64,000 nucleotides of DNA, taken from the NCBI RefSeq assembly GCF_030684315.1, contig NC_081374.1, positions 11,892,837 through 11,956,836 on the forward strand, written 5' to 3'. Of this stretch, positions 50,451 to 63,777 are shown one piece after another; positions within the stretch are counted from its first letter, which is position 1, and each line of letters starts with the position of its first letter. The translations under genes were made by a program, and so were the position numbers. Source of the DNA: Stegostoma tigrinum. Its lineage: Eukaryota. A model generated the notes under the pieces. It saw only the letters and a list, made by a program, of their open reading frames with translations, was not told the DNA's origin and did no database searches.

Positions 50451-52735
50451 AAAGTCATAGCATCATACAGCACAGAAATAGACTCTTCAGTCCAACCAGT
50501 CTATGCTGAACATAATCCCAAACTAAACTAGTTCAACCTGCCCATACCTGGTCAACATTTTTTCAAACATTTCCTATTTACATACTTATCTAAATGCCTT
50601 TTAAGTGTTGCAACTATTTCAGAGGAGATGATTAAGTGAAATGAACTCCCTGATACTCACTTTAGAAGCAAAAAGTAACAAGCAATGATTTGTTTATCTA
50701 GCTCTAATAGTAATCAAATTAACAGAACTAACAAACTGGACAATTCCTCACCTCCCCCCAAACTATTAGCTATTTGTGAATAAAACAAAATTCTGATGTT
50801 ATACTGTGCCAATAAATTATAACTCCTACTTATATAAACCAAAATAGAAGAAAAATCAATTAAAACTTAGACTCTCAAAACTACAGTCAGAATGCATCTT
50901 CTGGAATGTTCTGTGCCTCTTCCACTATTCTTCAGTCAGCAATTCTTCTTTCATTGAATCTTTGTGTGAGGAATACAAGCTAAGAGTGCTGTGGTACCTT
51001 TTAGACAGTGTTTAATCAGGCAGTTTGCCTATTTCTGCGAAAGCCAGAGTTTCACTCTTCTGATAGCAGTTGACTCTCACACCAATTTTCAAACGATCTG
51101 TTCTTTTATACCCTTGATGACCTGTTAATTTCTTACAAAATGATTGGTCAACACCAATCAGATTTAAATTCAATTGGTTATCAGTCACAAAGTACCTGGC
51201 TTAAATTGATTGGCTGATATTCAAGTTGGTTGCCTTAACTTGAAAACAAGACCAGCTTGCCAATGACGCAGTCAATTGCTACATATGTTTCAGTTTCAGA
51301 ACTATCTGTGCATCTCTAGCTGCTCGCAAGAAGTTTGCTTTATATCCAAGTTGAGAAAAGCACATCCCCTTTTTAAAGGGACCATGCACTTTTACCCCTA
51401 TCATTTTTACAAACAAATTCTAACATTTTGACTTCCAATTCATAAATGCTCTACCCACCACCATAACTTACCTGACAAGTACCCAGCATTTCCTCTGGAG
51501 TTCATTCAACACACAAATCACTCTGTGTGTAAACAAAAAAATTGACTCTCATGTCTTTTTACCTCTCACCTTAAAAATATGGCCCCTTGTCTCTAAAAAC
51601 CCTCCCCTAGGGGAAAAAATTCTCTCCCCTGTGAAGTCTTCTCATGCCAAACTTTCACAAAGTTGCTTCTGCACTTTCATTCTCATCAATTTTAGATTCA
51701 TAGAATCCCTACAGTGTGAAAATGGGCCGTTTGGCTTATCAGATCTTCACTGGCACTCCGAAGAGCATCCCAACCAGGCCTAGCCACCCACCCTATCCAT
51801 ATAACCTTGTACTCACCATGACCAATCCTCCTAGCCTGCACACTTTGGGGCATTTACCATGGCAAATCCACATAGCCAGCTCATCTTGCACGTCTTACAC
51901 TCAAATTCCTTCCTACTATTTTAGTCAAGAATTGTTCCCCACACAAAGGGCTAATCTTCCAAAGACACCAAGTCTCATATTTATTGAAGTAAAGTCTACC
52001 CAGTCATCAACAGGCTGATCCTCTTCCACACCTGCACAATGCCACAGCAATTCCAATATTTTCTCTTGAAGCATCTCTCCAGAAGTAATCAGTAAATTAC
52101 TTCTGTTATTTTACAATATTTTACACTGACAACAATGTGTGATAACAAATAATCCTGCCTCAATGTTCTGCACGTCAATCTATCTCCAATTTTGTGAACT
52201 GTCGCTTGCTGAACTTCAATTGTCATCTTTTCCTACTTGAGGCTTCTCATCATTCTGCTGGGTCAGCTCTTGTATATGGCCCTCAAGACCTGAAAATTCA
52301 ACCCCTGAGCCCATTATGTATCTACACATCCTCTCTCTTCCCTGGATGAAACCTTCCTTTTTTTTGGAGAAAACACCTTCAGCGTCCATAGCCACCTTCG
52401 CACTAATCCCCAGTCGACTCCAATCCAGACCTGTCACTCAGTCTGGTCTCCAGGAGGGCAACATTTCAATGATGCCACACACAGTGGAGTTAGAGCCCAA
52501 AGCGTACAGCACAGTTCCAGTTTCAAGATTACTCCAGAGCTTGAGCAGTAGAGTAAGAAAATATCCCAACTGTATAAATGATTTCCTGTGAATTTTGAAC
52601 ACCCTGAGGCTCTGATCAGGGTTTTTATTCATGATTATCCTCATCACAAACTTAATAGAATGTGTCCGATTAAAATGCATCTGTTTGTATCAAGCTGAAC
52701 TTTCCAGTCAAATTTCTGAGATGTTTTCTCTTCAG

Positions 52736-53050
52736 TTTCAGGTGCTTTATGGACAGAGAACCATGTAACAGGAATTTTGGGAAGAGTGATCACAATACAT
52801 TGCCACTGCTAAGCACGGTGGTATCAGTCACACGTGAAATATTGGTGTCACGGATGGTCTCGTCAGTGTAATGTTATAGCAACAACAAACTGGGCAAATG
52901 GGAGAATATCAATCACTGATAACAAAGCACAAGGAATATTTCTTGTTACAATGAAGAATCTTCAAAGGGCAGAAGCAGGATGGTACAGCTGTGGGATTGA
53001 GGCTCTTGGCCTTTATCCAACGTTTAATGTAAATCTCAGCATTTCTAATG
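52736..53050 (+). pseudogene. G3 Ig V exon (disabled)
   Basis: SGALWTENHVTGILGRVITIHCHC*ARW...KYWCHGWSRQC...EAGWYSCGI. TAA at 52810-52812; the donor GT is mutated to GA. Confidence 0.92.
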
Positions 53051-53189
53051 GAATGCGTCTCAGTGATTTTCTTATACTCTCCACTGATAGATCTGATCGA
53101 TGTTTAATCCTGGAAGTTTGGTGACAAAGGTTTTGAGGATATTTGATTATTCAATTGCAATGAACTTCAGAACAATTGTTTCTTTCCAT

Positions 53190-53503
53190 CTGTGTTCCTT
53201 CAGTTAGATTGACATCACAACAAAATGTCTCATGCTCTCCAGGCTCAGTGACAGTCTCTTGTGAATCTGCCCAGGGATCCCTCCCAATTCACTACACATG
53301 GCCTAAGAAAATCCCATCTCAAGAGTTAAACGCTTCACACAAATAAACTGGATCTACATTTTCATTCCTTCACACAGCAACATCAGCAATATTATTGCAC
53401 AGCCCCAAATACTCAGGGAAAAAATCCAGTGAAATTGTTCATGTGCCAGTCAATAATGTAACAGAGAAGAACTGCAGTTGCACGGTTCAAACCAATAACA
53501 TTG
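53190..53503 (+). pseudogene. G3 C2 Ig exon (acceptor lost, frameshifts)
   Basis: SCESAQGSLPIHYTW...YYCTA...EKNC; G|gtaagt donor at 53504. Confidence 0.88.
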
Positions 53504-53561
53504 GTAAGTGTGATGCCTGTAGATTCCTTAGAGAAAACCGAAGAAAATAACTCATTTAGGG

Positions 53562-54080
53562 CTTCATCCTATCTGCTCAGACTCCATGCACAAGTTCCCT
53601 ACGCTATCCCTGATTGGCCCTATCTTCTCCCTGATCATTCTCTTATTCCTCACGTATGAGTAAAATGCCTTCGGGTTCTCCCTCATCCTTCCTGCCAAGC
53701 CTTTTTTGTGCACCCTCCTGGCCCTCCTCAGTCCACTTCTGAGCTCCTTCCGAGCAAGCCTGTATTCCTCTAAAGCTGTGCTAGACCCTTGCTTCCTCCA
53801 CCTTACGTAAACTGCCTTTTTCTTTTTGACGAGAAGCACTTCTGTACCCGTCATCCAAGGCTCCTTAATCTTACCCCTTCTTACCTGTCTCAGAGGAACA
53901 AATTTATACATCACTCGCAACAACTGCTCCTTAAACAGTCTCTGCATGTCTGTTGTGCCCCTTCTGTGGAACAATTGCTCCCAATCTGTACTTCCCAACT
54001 CCTGCCTAATAGCATCATAATTTCCTTTTCCCCAGTTAAATATCTTCCCCTGGTAACTGCCCCTTTCCCTTTCCATGCCT
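53562..54080 (-). mobile_element. CR1 ORF2 internal fragment
   Basis: 170-aa minus-strand ORF whose C-terminal half matches the N-terminus of the 16140 ORF. Confidence 0.9.
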
Positions 54081-54785
54081 TCTTGCAGCTAGCCAATTTC
54101 TGATCCAAACCGCTAAATCACCCTCAATCCCATGCCTCCGTATTCAATCACCTTTCCTTAGCCACTGACTCCATCCATCTCCCTGTTCAACAGAGCCCTC
54201 ATCCAACATGTTTTGAGTTCCACACTCAGCCATTCCCATACCATCCCAGCTGGACTTGAACCTTCCACCATACATCAACTTAATCTCATCCAAATCTTTG
54301 CTCCAACTTTACATCTTTAAAGGTACGATAGAAATGCAAGTTACCTTGTTTGCAAACATTGATAGGGCAAGATTTTTTTAAAAATGTGCAAACCAGCCTA
54401 CTGGATCTAGAAAGATGTGAATCCATACTGCGCGGAAGAACAAATTGAAATATTGTCCCAAGCATTAAAATTCAAATTAATTTCAATTGAAATGAACAGA
54501 ATGAAATTCAAATTAAAACCTAACATTTTTAAAATAGCTTTCATTCCAACATTACATTATTTATAAAAATGCTTCTGTCTACAGCAAGCTACGTGTAAAT
54601 GGCTCATTCTCAATGAAGCCGCATTCAGTTTGGGCCCAGTCCATTAAATCCTCAACTAGAATCATGGTCATTGAGAAGTGTGAATGAGAATTACACAATC
54701 CCTACAGTGCAGAAAGAGGCCATTGGGCCTATCAGGGCTTCACTATCTCTGTCAAGAGCATCCCACCAGACTGAGAATTCCGCTC

Positions 54786-55536
54786 AAGATAACAAAGCGT
54801 GGAGCTGGATGAACACAGCAGGCCAAGCAGCACCTCAGGAGGACCAAAGTTGACGTTTCGGGCCTAGACCCTTCATCAGAAAAGGGGGATGGGGAGAGGA
54901 TTCTGAAATAAATAGGGAGAGAGAGGGAGGCGGATCGAAGATGGACAGAGGAGAAGATAGGTGGAGAGGAGAGTATGGGTCGGGAGGTAGGGAGGAGATA
55001 GGTCAGTACACGGAGAACGGACAGGTCAAGGGGATGGAATGGGGTTAGTAGGTGGGAAATGGAGGTGTGGCTTGAGGTGGCAGTAGGGGATAAGTGAGAG
55101 GAAGTACAGGTCAGGCAAACAGGGACGAGCTGTGCTGGATTTGGGCTGCAGTGGGGGGAGGGGAGATTTTGAAGCTGGTGAAGTCCACATTGATACCATT
55201 GGGCTGCAGGGTTCCCAAGTGGAATATGAGTTGCTGTTCCTGCAACCTACGGGTGACATCATTATGGCACTGCAGGAGGCCCAGGATGGACATGTCGTCG
55301 AAGGAATGGGAGGGGGAGTTAAAACGGTTCGCGACTGGGAGGTGCAGTTGTTTACTGCGAACCGAGCGAGGGTGTTCTGCAAAGCGGTCCACAAGCCTCC
55401 AGTTGGTTTCCCCAATGTAGAGGAAGCCACACCGGGTACAGCAGATACAGTATACTATATTGGCGGATGTGCAGGTGAACATATGCTTGATGTGGAATGT
55501 CATCTTGGGGCCTGGGATGAGCATGAGGGAGGTGGT
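54786..55536 (-). mobile_element. Truncated Penelope with a 12-bp TSD, nested in an old HE1 SINE
   Basis: IVYCICCTRCGFLYIGET; agaattccgctc at 54774-54785 and 55537-55548. Confidence 0.92.
54850..54881 (-). ncRNA. Minimal hammerhead ribozyme motif
   Basis: Minus strand reads tt-CTGATGA-a-ggg(tctagg)ccc-GAAAC-GTC-aa. Confidence 0.65.
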
Positions 55537-55799
55537 AGAATTCCGCTCTATTCCCTAAACCCTACATATCTAATGACTAACCCACCTGCACTACACAGCC
55601 TGCGAGCTCTTGGAAATTTGGCATGATCAATTCACAAACCTGCACATCAATGCAGCATCAGAGGAACCTGAAGCACCTTCTGGAAACCCATTCAGACACG
55701 CGCATAATGTGCAAACTGCACAGTGTCTGACAAGGCTTCAGTTGAACCCAGGTCACTGAGTCTGTGAGGCAACAGTGTTAACCACTGAGACACTGGGCT

Positions 55800-58200
55800 G
55801 TCCATACTTGTGAAGTTGAGATGTGAAAAAAATGCTTCTACATTTGTTGCATGCTTTGATGTTCGTTGTGAATTGACACTGTATGAAAAATATGTGAATT
55901 TTTTCAAGGGGGACGTGTGACAGAAATCCATGAATGTACAAAGAGACAAAGTGTTAACTATTTCCATCTGCACATTGGAGTTTGGTGTGTCAATGGAATG
56001 ACAGAGAGAAATGATTCAGGCAGGTTGAACAGTAACATTTAAAAATCATTCCGATAGATACATGGATGGGAGAGGTTTAGAGGGATATGGGCCAAATGCC
56101 AGGAATTGGAACGAGCTGGGGATGCACCATGGTCAGTATGGACCAGTTTGTGCTGAAGGGCCAGTTTCCACGCTGCCTTCCTCTATGAGTATATTACTTT
56201 ATTCTCAAGGGCTGGAATAATAGTATCATTTAAACTGTGCTCTCAACTGGAGCCATAGCTCTTACAGCTCAGAACATGTCTATGACAGAGTATTGTATCC
56301 GCTCAAAGCTTCGGGGTGAAGAATTATCCACACATCTCAGGCCTCATCTCAACGTCCTCACCGACCCGAAAACAAATCCACCGGTTTTAATGAGGGCCTG
56401 CTAGACACCTGGGATTGGCCTCCTCTATCACTGGTAAAAGCCCCGAGCCTGTGGAGAAAGCCCTTTGGCAAACCACAAACCATACCTACAGGCATTGTAA
56501 CACTGTGCGGGCAGCCATTGTCTACAGCTCATTAAAGAGATAGAACTGGGTCACCTGCAGCAATATGTCTGCAGCTACTGACAGAAATGTTCAGTGAAGA
56601 CACATTCTGGAAAGACAGGGAGGGGACAGTTTTCTTAGAGCCCACATCACTGTCAATAAACTGGACATTGTGGGTGGAGCACTCTTGTGTCATTCAAGGC
56701 TGTTCTGAGAGTTTTCAGAACGAGCCCTTTGCTTACCGTCTCTAAGAGGGTAACCTCCTGGGACAGGTTCGTGTGCACATTGTGGTGTATCACTGCACAA
56801 TTCCAGAGCAAATGGGATGTCTGTCCTGATGACAGAGGGGTTTTGTGGCAGGTTCAGTTCATACAATGGTTTGTCTCAGAAAAGCAGGCTTTTGTCAACT
56901 GCCAAGTGCCCATCTCACGGGATATGGTTTTGAAACTGAGCATGTTTTAAAACTGAGTGGCTTTTAAAAAGTGCTGGCTGCCCATCGACCAGAGCGTGGC
57001 ATTAACACTAAGCAAGACACTTCAGAGGATCTCTGGCAATTTGGTCAGACATTCTACACTTTGTTAAAAAGAACTGCATTCCCTGTTTCATCACAGTCTA
57101 ATGATAAGTCTCATTATATTTTTCCAGCTGTTTCTACAATGCCCATGTCATTCAGGGTCTGGCAGTTCCCTGCTCTCTATTTCTGACCCTCAGACACTGA
57201 CACCCTAATGTCAGAGGGTTTCATCCACATTGATGTAATAAACCCCAAATGTATCCAACTGTTCTACAGGAGATTACCCGATGTACTGTTTCTGTTTCCC
57301 AGACAGAGCATTGCGATGGTCCTCACTGGTTCAGTCTCTGGGTAACAACTCCAGTGACTCTCCTTCTATATTAAGCATTAAGGTGGGAACACTGCCTTCA
57401 GCATTGTGGGTGGGGGTTAGCAGAGTTGGTGCAGGGTGTCAGCCCCTTTGACCTTCTCAAAGGTGAAACCCAATTTGATTCACCAGGCTCACTCATCATC
57501 AACCACGTCCTGGGAACCACAAAGCCCCATGTCAGGCAGTTCACCAGAGGGACCCTCACCTTGGAATTGAACTCACCCCCCAGTTACTCAATCACAGCTC
57601 ACGTCTCCCAGAATTGTCTCTCTGTCAGCAGAGACCTTTTTCTGCCTGAAATCAGCCTCATTACTTGCTTAACTTGACTCTTATAAAAATGGAGCAGAGA
57701 GTGTCCTTCTCCTGCAATCCAGGAGTTCACAATAATTGACACAATAATTATTCTGCACTCTCAACAGGAGGCACATTCTGCAAACAAAAATTCAAAACAA
57801 ATCAATGTTTAACTGCACGATGAATTTTCACACATAAATCTGCATTTGTCATAAACTGGTGTTTGGAATTTTCTGACATGGGAGAATTAGACAGTTTTCA
57901 TTCACTTGAGAATTCAGTCTAAATACTGAGCTTCAGTCACTGCTATCTGTACAACTGACTCTTGAAATGTTGTGATTTCAGAAATTTTTTATTCATTCAT
58001 TGAAATTTAGTTGAGTTCTTCTGTTAAGCATAGCTGACAGGACAAACATTTCTTCAGGGTTAATTCGCATCATGTGGCAGACTGTAGTTTCAGAAGTTGG
58101 CTTCCTATATCCTCTTCCTCATTTACATTCTTGTAGACGTTGTATTACTCATTTATTTCAGCGTGAGAAACAAGAGCTGTGTGACTGACATCAAGAGCTG
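55800..58200 (+). repeat. Upstream block and promoter, copy 3 (precedes G4)
   Basis: Colinear with copies 1 and 2, with an internal deletion near 57100. Confidence 0.9.
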
Positions 58201-58218
58201 ATCTTTGTGAATAAAACA

Positions 58219-58255
58219 ATGTGGACTTTGATTCTTCTGATTTGTTCCATTCCCG
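58219..58255 (+). CDS. G4 leader exon of an MDIR/CD300-like receptor
   Basis: MWTLILLICSIP G|gtgagt; splices in phase to VSGALWAE. Confidence 0.88.
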
Positions 58256-59993
58256 GTGAGTGACCATCTGAGGTGTTTATTTCAATAACTAATACTTATT
58301 AAAGTCTCCCGTCTGGTTTATACAGTCTAGAGGTGTTTACATATTTGGAGACACGTAAAAAAACAAAGGAACATCATGTTGACACAGCAGGTAACATCTT
58401 TATTGCTGTGACAAATGCCTGAGAATTTGATTCATTCTCCAGCGCATTCTCACAAACCCAAACAGGTTCACCATCAACCTGCAAATTCTTTCAATGTGCT
58501 CATGGCGGGGAGCAAGTGTGGATGAAATTCCAGGTCAGATTTATCCAGCGCAGTGTGTTTCCTCTCAAATACTGTCTCAGGACAGTAACCTTTTCCAGGA
58601 AGAACAAACTGCAGAAATCTGATGCACCATGTGCTTTACGAAAGCCTTTGAAGTTCAAATGAAAAATGTAAAAATACATGAACAACATCAGGAAATATTA
58701 TATCTTCTTCTGAATATATGATAATGTCATGGGACATAGTTACAAAATACTTTACTGCTGCATTAGTAATTATCAATAAAATGAAAAAGGAGACATTTTT
58801 ATAGTGATTCAAACAGCATAAACAATTGAACTCGTCCAAAATTTTTCATTTTCAATATACACTGAAAACTGGAGTGGAAGTCAGCCTTCAAACAAAAGAT
58901 CTTGTGTTTTGATTTCATTCTTTTTTAACTCTTATGACAATTCATTAAATACTGTTTTGCAAGGTGCTGTCACAAAAGTAGGTGGTTAGATTATATATCT
59001 TCCCATAAAAAGCTTTTTTCCTTTCAGTCATTAAGTTTAACTGAGTTGCTGATGGTATTTTTTGCCCTTCACTTATAACTTTAAAATCTATCACTGCAAT
59101 AAACTTATTGTTCAGTATTGCCACTTCCCCTTCATTGATGATCAAGCAAATTTGAAACACAAAATATTAAAATTCCAAGGGGTGGAGCTCAATGAAGTGT
59201 TCGAGGAGAACCTTCTACAACAGTTTGAGACTCAACCTCATCAATTTCATGCAGAATACCTTACGGACAGTTAACTGAAGCGTGCTTCTGTGTGTTCAGA
59301 AATCCTCTTCGTTTCGAGGCTTCCTCTTTCCAATAAGAACTCTAATCCATGACTTCCATCAGCTTTAACCATTTATGCATTTTCTACCTTTTGCATTTCC
59401 TTTCAACAGCCTCATTTATTTTAAAATCTTTCTATCATTTCAGTCGAGAACTGTTCCCCACAGAAAGAGCCTATCTCCCAAAAAGACTGATCGTCTCGTG
59501 TCTTTTGAAGTAAACTCTACCCATTCATCAACAGGCTGTTCCCGCTCCACTCCAGGACACAATGTGACAGCAATGAGCCGACACACCAGCCCCCCATCAC
59601 TCCCTGGCTGAAAGCCTCACTCTCTGGTCAGAACAAGGACCCTCCACCCCCTGTAGCTTCCTTCACACTCATCCCCAGCTGACTCCAATCCAGGCCTGTC
59701 ACTCAGACTGCTCTCCAGGACGGCAAGATCTCGATGATGCCACACGCAGTGGAGTTCGAGCCCACAGCGTGTAACAGAAGGCCAATTTCAAGATTGATCC
59801 AAAACTCGATCAATGGGGAAACGCTGTTTAAATTATTCCCTGTGAATCTGGAAAACTCTGAGGGCCTGATAAGGGTTTATATTAATGATTACCTTCATCA
59901 TAAATTGGATAGAATGGAACTGATTACAATGTAACTGAAAATGAAAAGCACTTCTTTAGAAATTTCCAAATCTCTGAAATATTTTCTGCTCAG

Positions 59994-60308
59994 TTTCAGG
60001 TGCTTTATGGGCAGAGACATCCTTGACGGGAATTTTGGGAAGAGCGATCATAATACATTGCCACTATGAAGCACAGTGGTACCAGTCACACATTAAATAT
60101 TGGTGTCATGGATGGACTCGTCAGTGTAATGTTTTAGCAGCAACAAACTGGGCAAATGGGAGAATATCAATCACTGATAACAAAGCACAAGGAATATTTC
60201 TTGTTACAATGAAGAACCTTCAATGGGGTGAAGCAGGATGGTACAGCTGTGGGATTGACGCTCCAGGACTTGACCCACTGTTTAATGTACAGCTGCACAT
60301 CTCAGAAG
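59994..60308 (+). CDS. G4 CD300/pIgR/TREM-type Ig V exon (intact)
   Basis: ctcag|VSGALWAETSLTGILGRAIIIHCHY..KYWCHGWTRQC..GRISITDNKAQGIFLVTMKNL..EAGWYSCGI..VQLHISE G|gtacat; carries the family-specific extra Cys pair. Confidence 0.95.
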
Positions 60309-60458
60309 GTACATATGTCTCACTGATATTATTTCAATTTTCAATTCTGCTGATATCTCTGATCAAATCTTTATCCAGGAAACAAGATAACATAGTGTTG
60401 GAGGGTATTTGATTTTTTGATGGCAGTCGATTTCTCAACAATTGTTTCTTTCCCACAG

Positions 60459-60779
60459 AAGCTGTCTCTACTCCCAAACTTCAGTTTTTGTCACAACCAA
60501 ATGTCTCATGTTCTGGGGGCTCGGTCACCATCTCCTGTGAATCTGCCCGGGGATCCCTCCCCATTCATTACACATGGTATGAGAGCTCATCTCAAAACTC
60601 AAAGATCTCTGGCACCAATAAACTGGATCTACATTGTCAATCTTTCACACAGCAACATCATCAGTATTACTGCACAGCCTCAAATACTCAGGGAACAAAA
60701 TCCAGTGAAATTGTTCGTGTGTCAGTCAACAATGTAACAGAGAAGAACTGCAGTTACACAGTGAAAATCAACAGGATTG
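60459..60779 (+). CDS. G4 FcR-like C2 Ig exon (intact); the gene continues beyond the window
   Basis: cccacag|EAVSTPKL..NVSCSGGSVTISCESARGSLPIHYTW..LDLHC..YYCTASNTQG..EKNCSYTVKINRI G|gtaagt. Confidence 0.93.
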
Positions 60780-61814
60780 GTAAGTGTGAAGCAAACAATG
60801 TGATTTTTTTTTGCTGAATGTCCATTCAAACTAGATGCTTTTTGTCTCACTCTCTAAGGCTGTAATTGATAAAACTCACACTATTTTTTTCATTGCCAGT
60901 TCTGAACAAAACCATCGGTCTGCATTGTCCTTCAAAAATGAGCAGGTACATGAAATATTCCCCACATCATGCATAAACACTGTACAATCTCCAGTAATCT
61001 CCAAAAGTTAAAATAGTTTTAGATTGATGAACAATTTGAATTTTTCTATCAGATGGAATTATCAAACTCAGTGCATGACAGTCCTGTCCAGATTTTAGAC
61101 AGATGTTGGGTATGGATTGGAGATGAGTTGTACAAATGAAATATATGAAAGTATTGACTGCAGGCATTTCCTGATATACTGTCGTGTTAGAGCTGTCAGA
61201 GAAGGAGCAGCTCAGCAACAAGTAGCGATGATACACATAAACTGTATTTGTAACTATCAGCAGCTCATGTGGCTGCTCTCTAACATTTATCACAAATATG
61301 CTGTGTGTTCAAGTTCCCCTTTGTGGTTAAAATGCAGCTGGCTATCACTGCCCAGCACAGAGAGGGAATGCTGTACTCTTGCAGTTGAGACAGTGTCCAT
61401 GAGGTAATAAACTGAGAACCTGTTCACCCTTTGGGTATGGCATCATTTGTAAACTATTTGCAGAATGGAGGTTTTCCTGCTTAAAAGCAAGCATTCATTC
61501 CTCAAACAATATTGCTAAAAACAGCCAGATTTTGGTCAGAATTATATCAAAGCTTTTTGTTGCATTTAAATTAACTTCTACATATTGCTGCATTACAACG
61601 GTTTGCTTGTTTCAACGAAGCACTTCTTCAAATGTGAGGTTTTTTGGGGTCTCCTGAGATCCTGTAAGGCATTATTTGATTCATTAATGCCCTTTTGGGA
61701 AGGAAACATGCAGTCCTTTCCAGCTCTGGGCTACACGTGACTCCAGCAATGAGCTTGATTCTTAAGTGCCCTCTTTAAAAGGCCAGACAGCCAACCAATC
61801 AGGGGTAATTCTCC

Positions 61815-63777
61815 GATAATAAAATGTGAGGCTGGACGAACACAGCAGGCCAAGCAGCATCTCAGGAGCACAAAAGCTGACGTTTCGGGCCTAGACCCTT
61901 CATCAGAGAGGGGGATGGGGGGAGGGAACTGGAATAAATAGGGAGAGAGGGGGAGGCGGACCGAAGATGGAGAGTAAAGAAGATAGGTGGAGAGAGTGTA
62001 GGTGGGGAGGTAGGGAGGGGATAGGTCAGTCCAGGGAAGACGGACAGGTCAAGGAGGTGGGATGAGGTTAGTAGGTAGCGGGGGGTGCGGCTTGGGGTGG
62101 GTGGAAGGGATGGGTGAGAGGAAGAACCGGTTAGGGAGGCAGAGACAGGTTGGACTGGTTTTGGGATGCAGTGGGTGGGGGGGAAGAGCTGGGCTGGTTG
62201 TGTGGTGCAGTGGGGGGAGGGGGTGAACTGGGCTGGTTGAGGGATGCAGTAGGGGAAGGGGAGATTTTGAAACTGGTGAAGTCCACATTGATACCATATG
62301 GCTGCAGGGTTCCCAGGCGGAATATGAGTTGCTGTTCCTGCAACCTTCGGGTGGCATCATTGTGGCAGTGCAGGAGGCCCATGATGGACATGTCATCAAG
62401 AGAATGGGAGGGGGAGTGGAAATGGTTTGCGACTGGGAGGTGCAGTTGTTTTTTGCGAACTGAGCGGAGGTGTTCTGCAAAGCGGTCCCCAAGCCTCCGC
62501 TTGGTTTCCCCAATGTAGAGGAAGCCGCACCGGGTACAGTGGATGCAGTATACCACATTGGCAGATGTGCAGGTGAACCTCTGCTTGATGTGGAATGTCA
62601 TCTTGGGGCCTGGGATGGGGGTGAGGGAGGAGGTGTGGGGACAAGTGTAGCATTTCCTGCGGTTGCAGGGGAAGGTGCCGGGTGTGGTAGGGTTGGAGGG
62701 CAGTGTGGAGCGAACAAAGGAGTCACGGAGAGAGTGGTCTCTCCGGAAAGCAGACAGGGGAGGGGATGGAAAAATGTCTTGGGTGGTGGGGTCGGATTGT
62801 AAATGGCGGAAGTGTCGGAGGATAATGCGTTGTATCCGGAGGTTGGTAGGGTGGTGTGTGAGAACGAGGGGGATCCTCTTGGGGCGGTTGTGGCGGGGGC
62901 GGGGTGTGAGGGATGTGTCGCGGGAAATGCGGGAGACGCGGTCAAGGGCGTTCTCGATCACCGTGGGGGGAAAGTTGCGGTCCTTAAAGAACTTGGACAT
63001 CTGGGATGTGCGGGAGTGGAATGTCTTGTCGTGGGAGCAGATGCGGCGGAGGCGGGGGAATTGGGAATAGGGGATGGAATTTTTGCAGGAGGGTGGGTGG
63101 GAGGAGGTGTATTCTAGGTAGCTGTGGGAGTCGGTGGGCTTGAAATGGACATCAGTTACAACCTGGTTGCCTGAGATGGAGACTGAGAGGTCCAGGAAGG
63201 TGAGGGATGTGCTGGAGATGGCCCAGGTGAACTGAAGGTTGGGGTGGAAGGTGTTGGTGAAGTGGATGAACTGTTCGAGCTCCTCTGGGGAGCAAGAGGC
63301 GGCGCCGATACAGTCATCAATGTACCGGAGGAAGAGGTGCGGTTTGGGGCCTGTGTAGGTGCGGAAGAGGGACTGTTCCACGTAACCTACAAAGAGGCAG
63401 GCATAGCTGGGGCCCATGCAGGTGCCCATGGCCACCCTCTTAGTCTGTAGGAAGTGGGAGGAGTCAAAAGAGAAGTTGTTGAGTGTGAGGACGAGTTCAG
63501 CTAGGCGGATGAGAGTGTCGGTGGAGGGGGCCTGGTCGGGCCTGCGGGACAGGAAGAAGCGGAGGGCCTTGAGGCCATCTCCATGCGGAATGCAGGTGTA
63601 CAGGGACTGGACGTCCATGGTGAATATGAGGTGTTGGGGGCCAGGGAATTGGAAGTCCTGGAGGAGGTGGAGGGCGTGGGTGGTGTCACGGACGTAGGTG
63701 GGGAGTTCCTGGACCAAAGGGGAGAAAATGGAGTCCAGATAGGTGGAGATGAGTTCGGTGGGGCAGGAGCAGGCTGA
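61815..63777 (-). mobile_element. Young 5'-truncated Penelope with an open RT plus GIY-YIG frame and an 11-bp TSD
   Basis: MDVQSLYT, VAMGTCMGP, RYIDD and YCIHCTRCGFLYIGET motifs; ggtaattctcc at 61804-61814 and 63778-63788. Confidence 0.96.
61877..61908 (-). ncRNA. Minimal hammerhead ribozyme motif
   Basis: Minus strand reads ct-CTGATGA-a-ggg(tctagg)ccc-GAAAC-GTC-ag. Confidence 0.7.
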
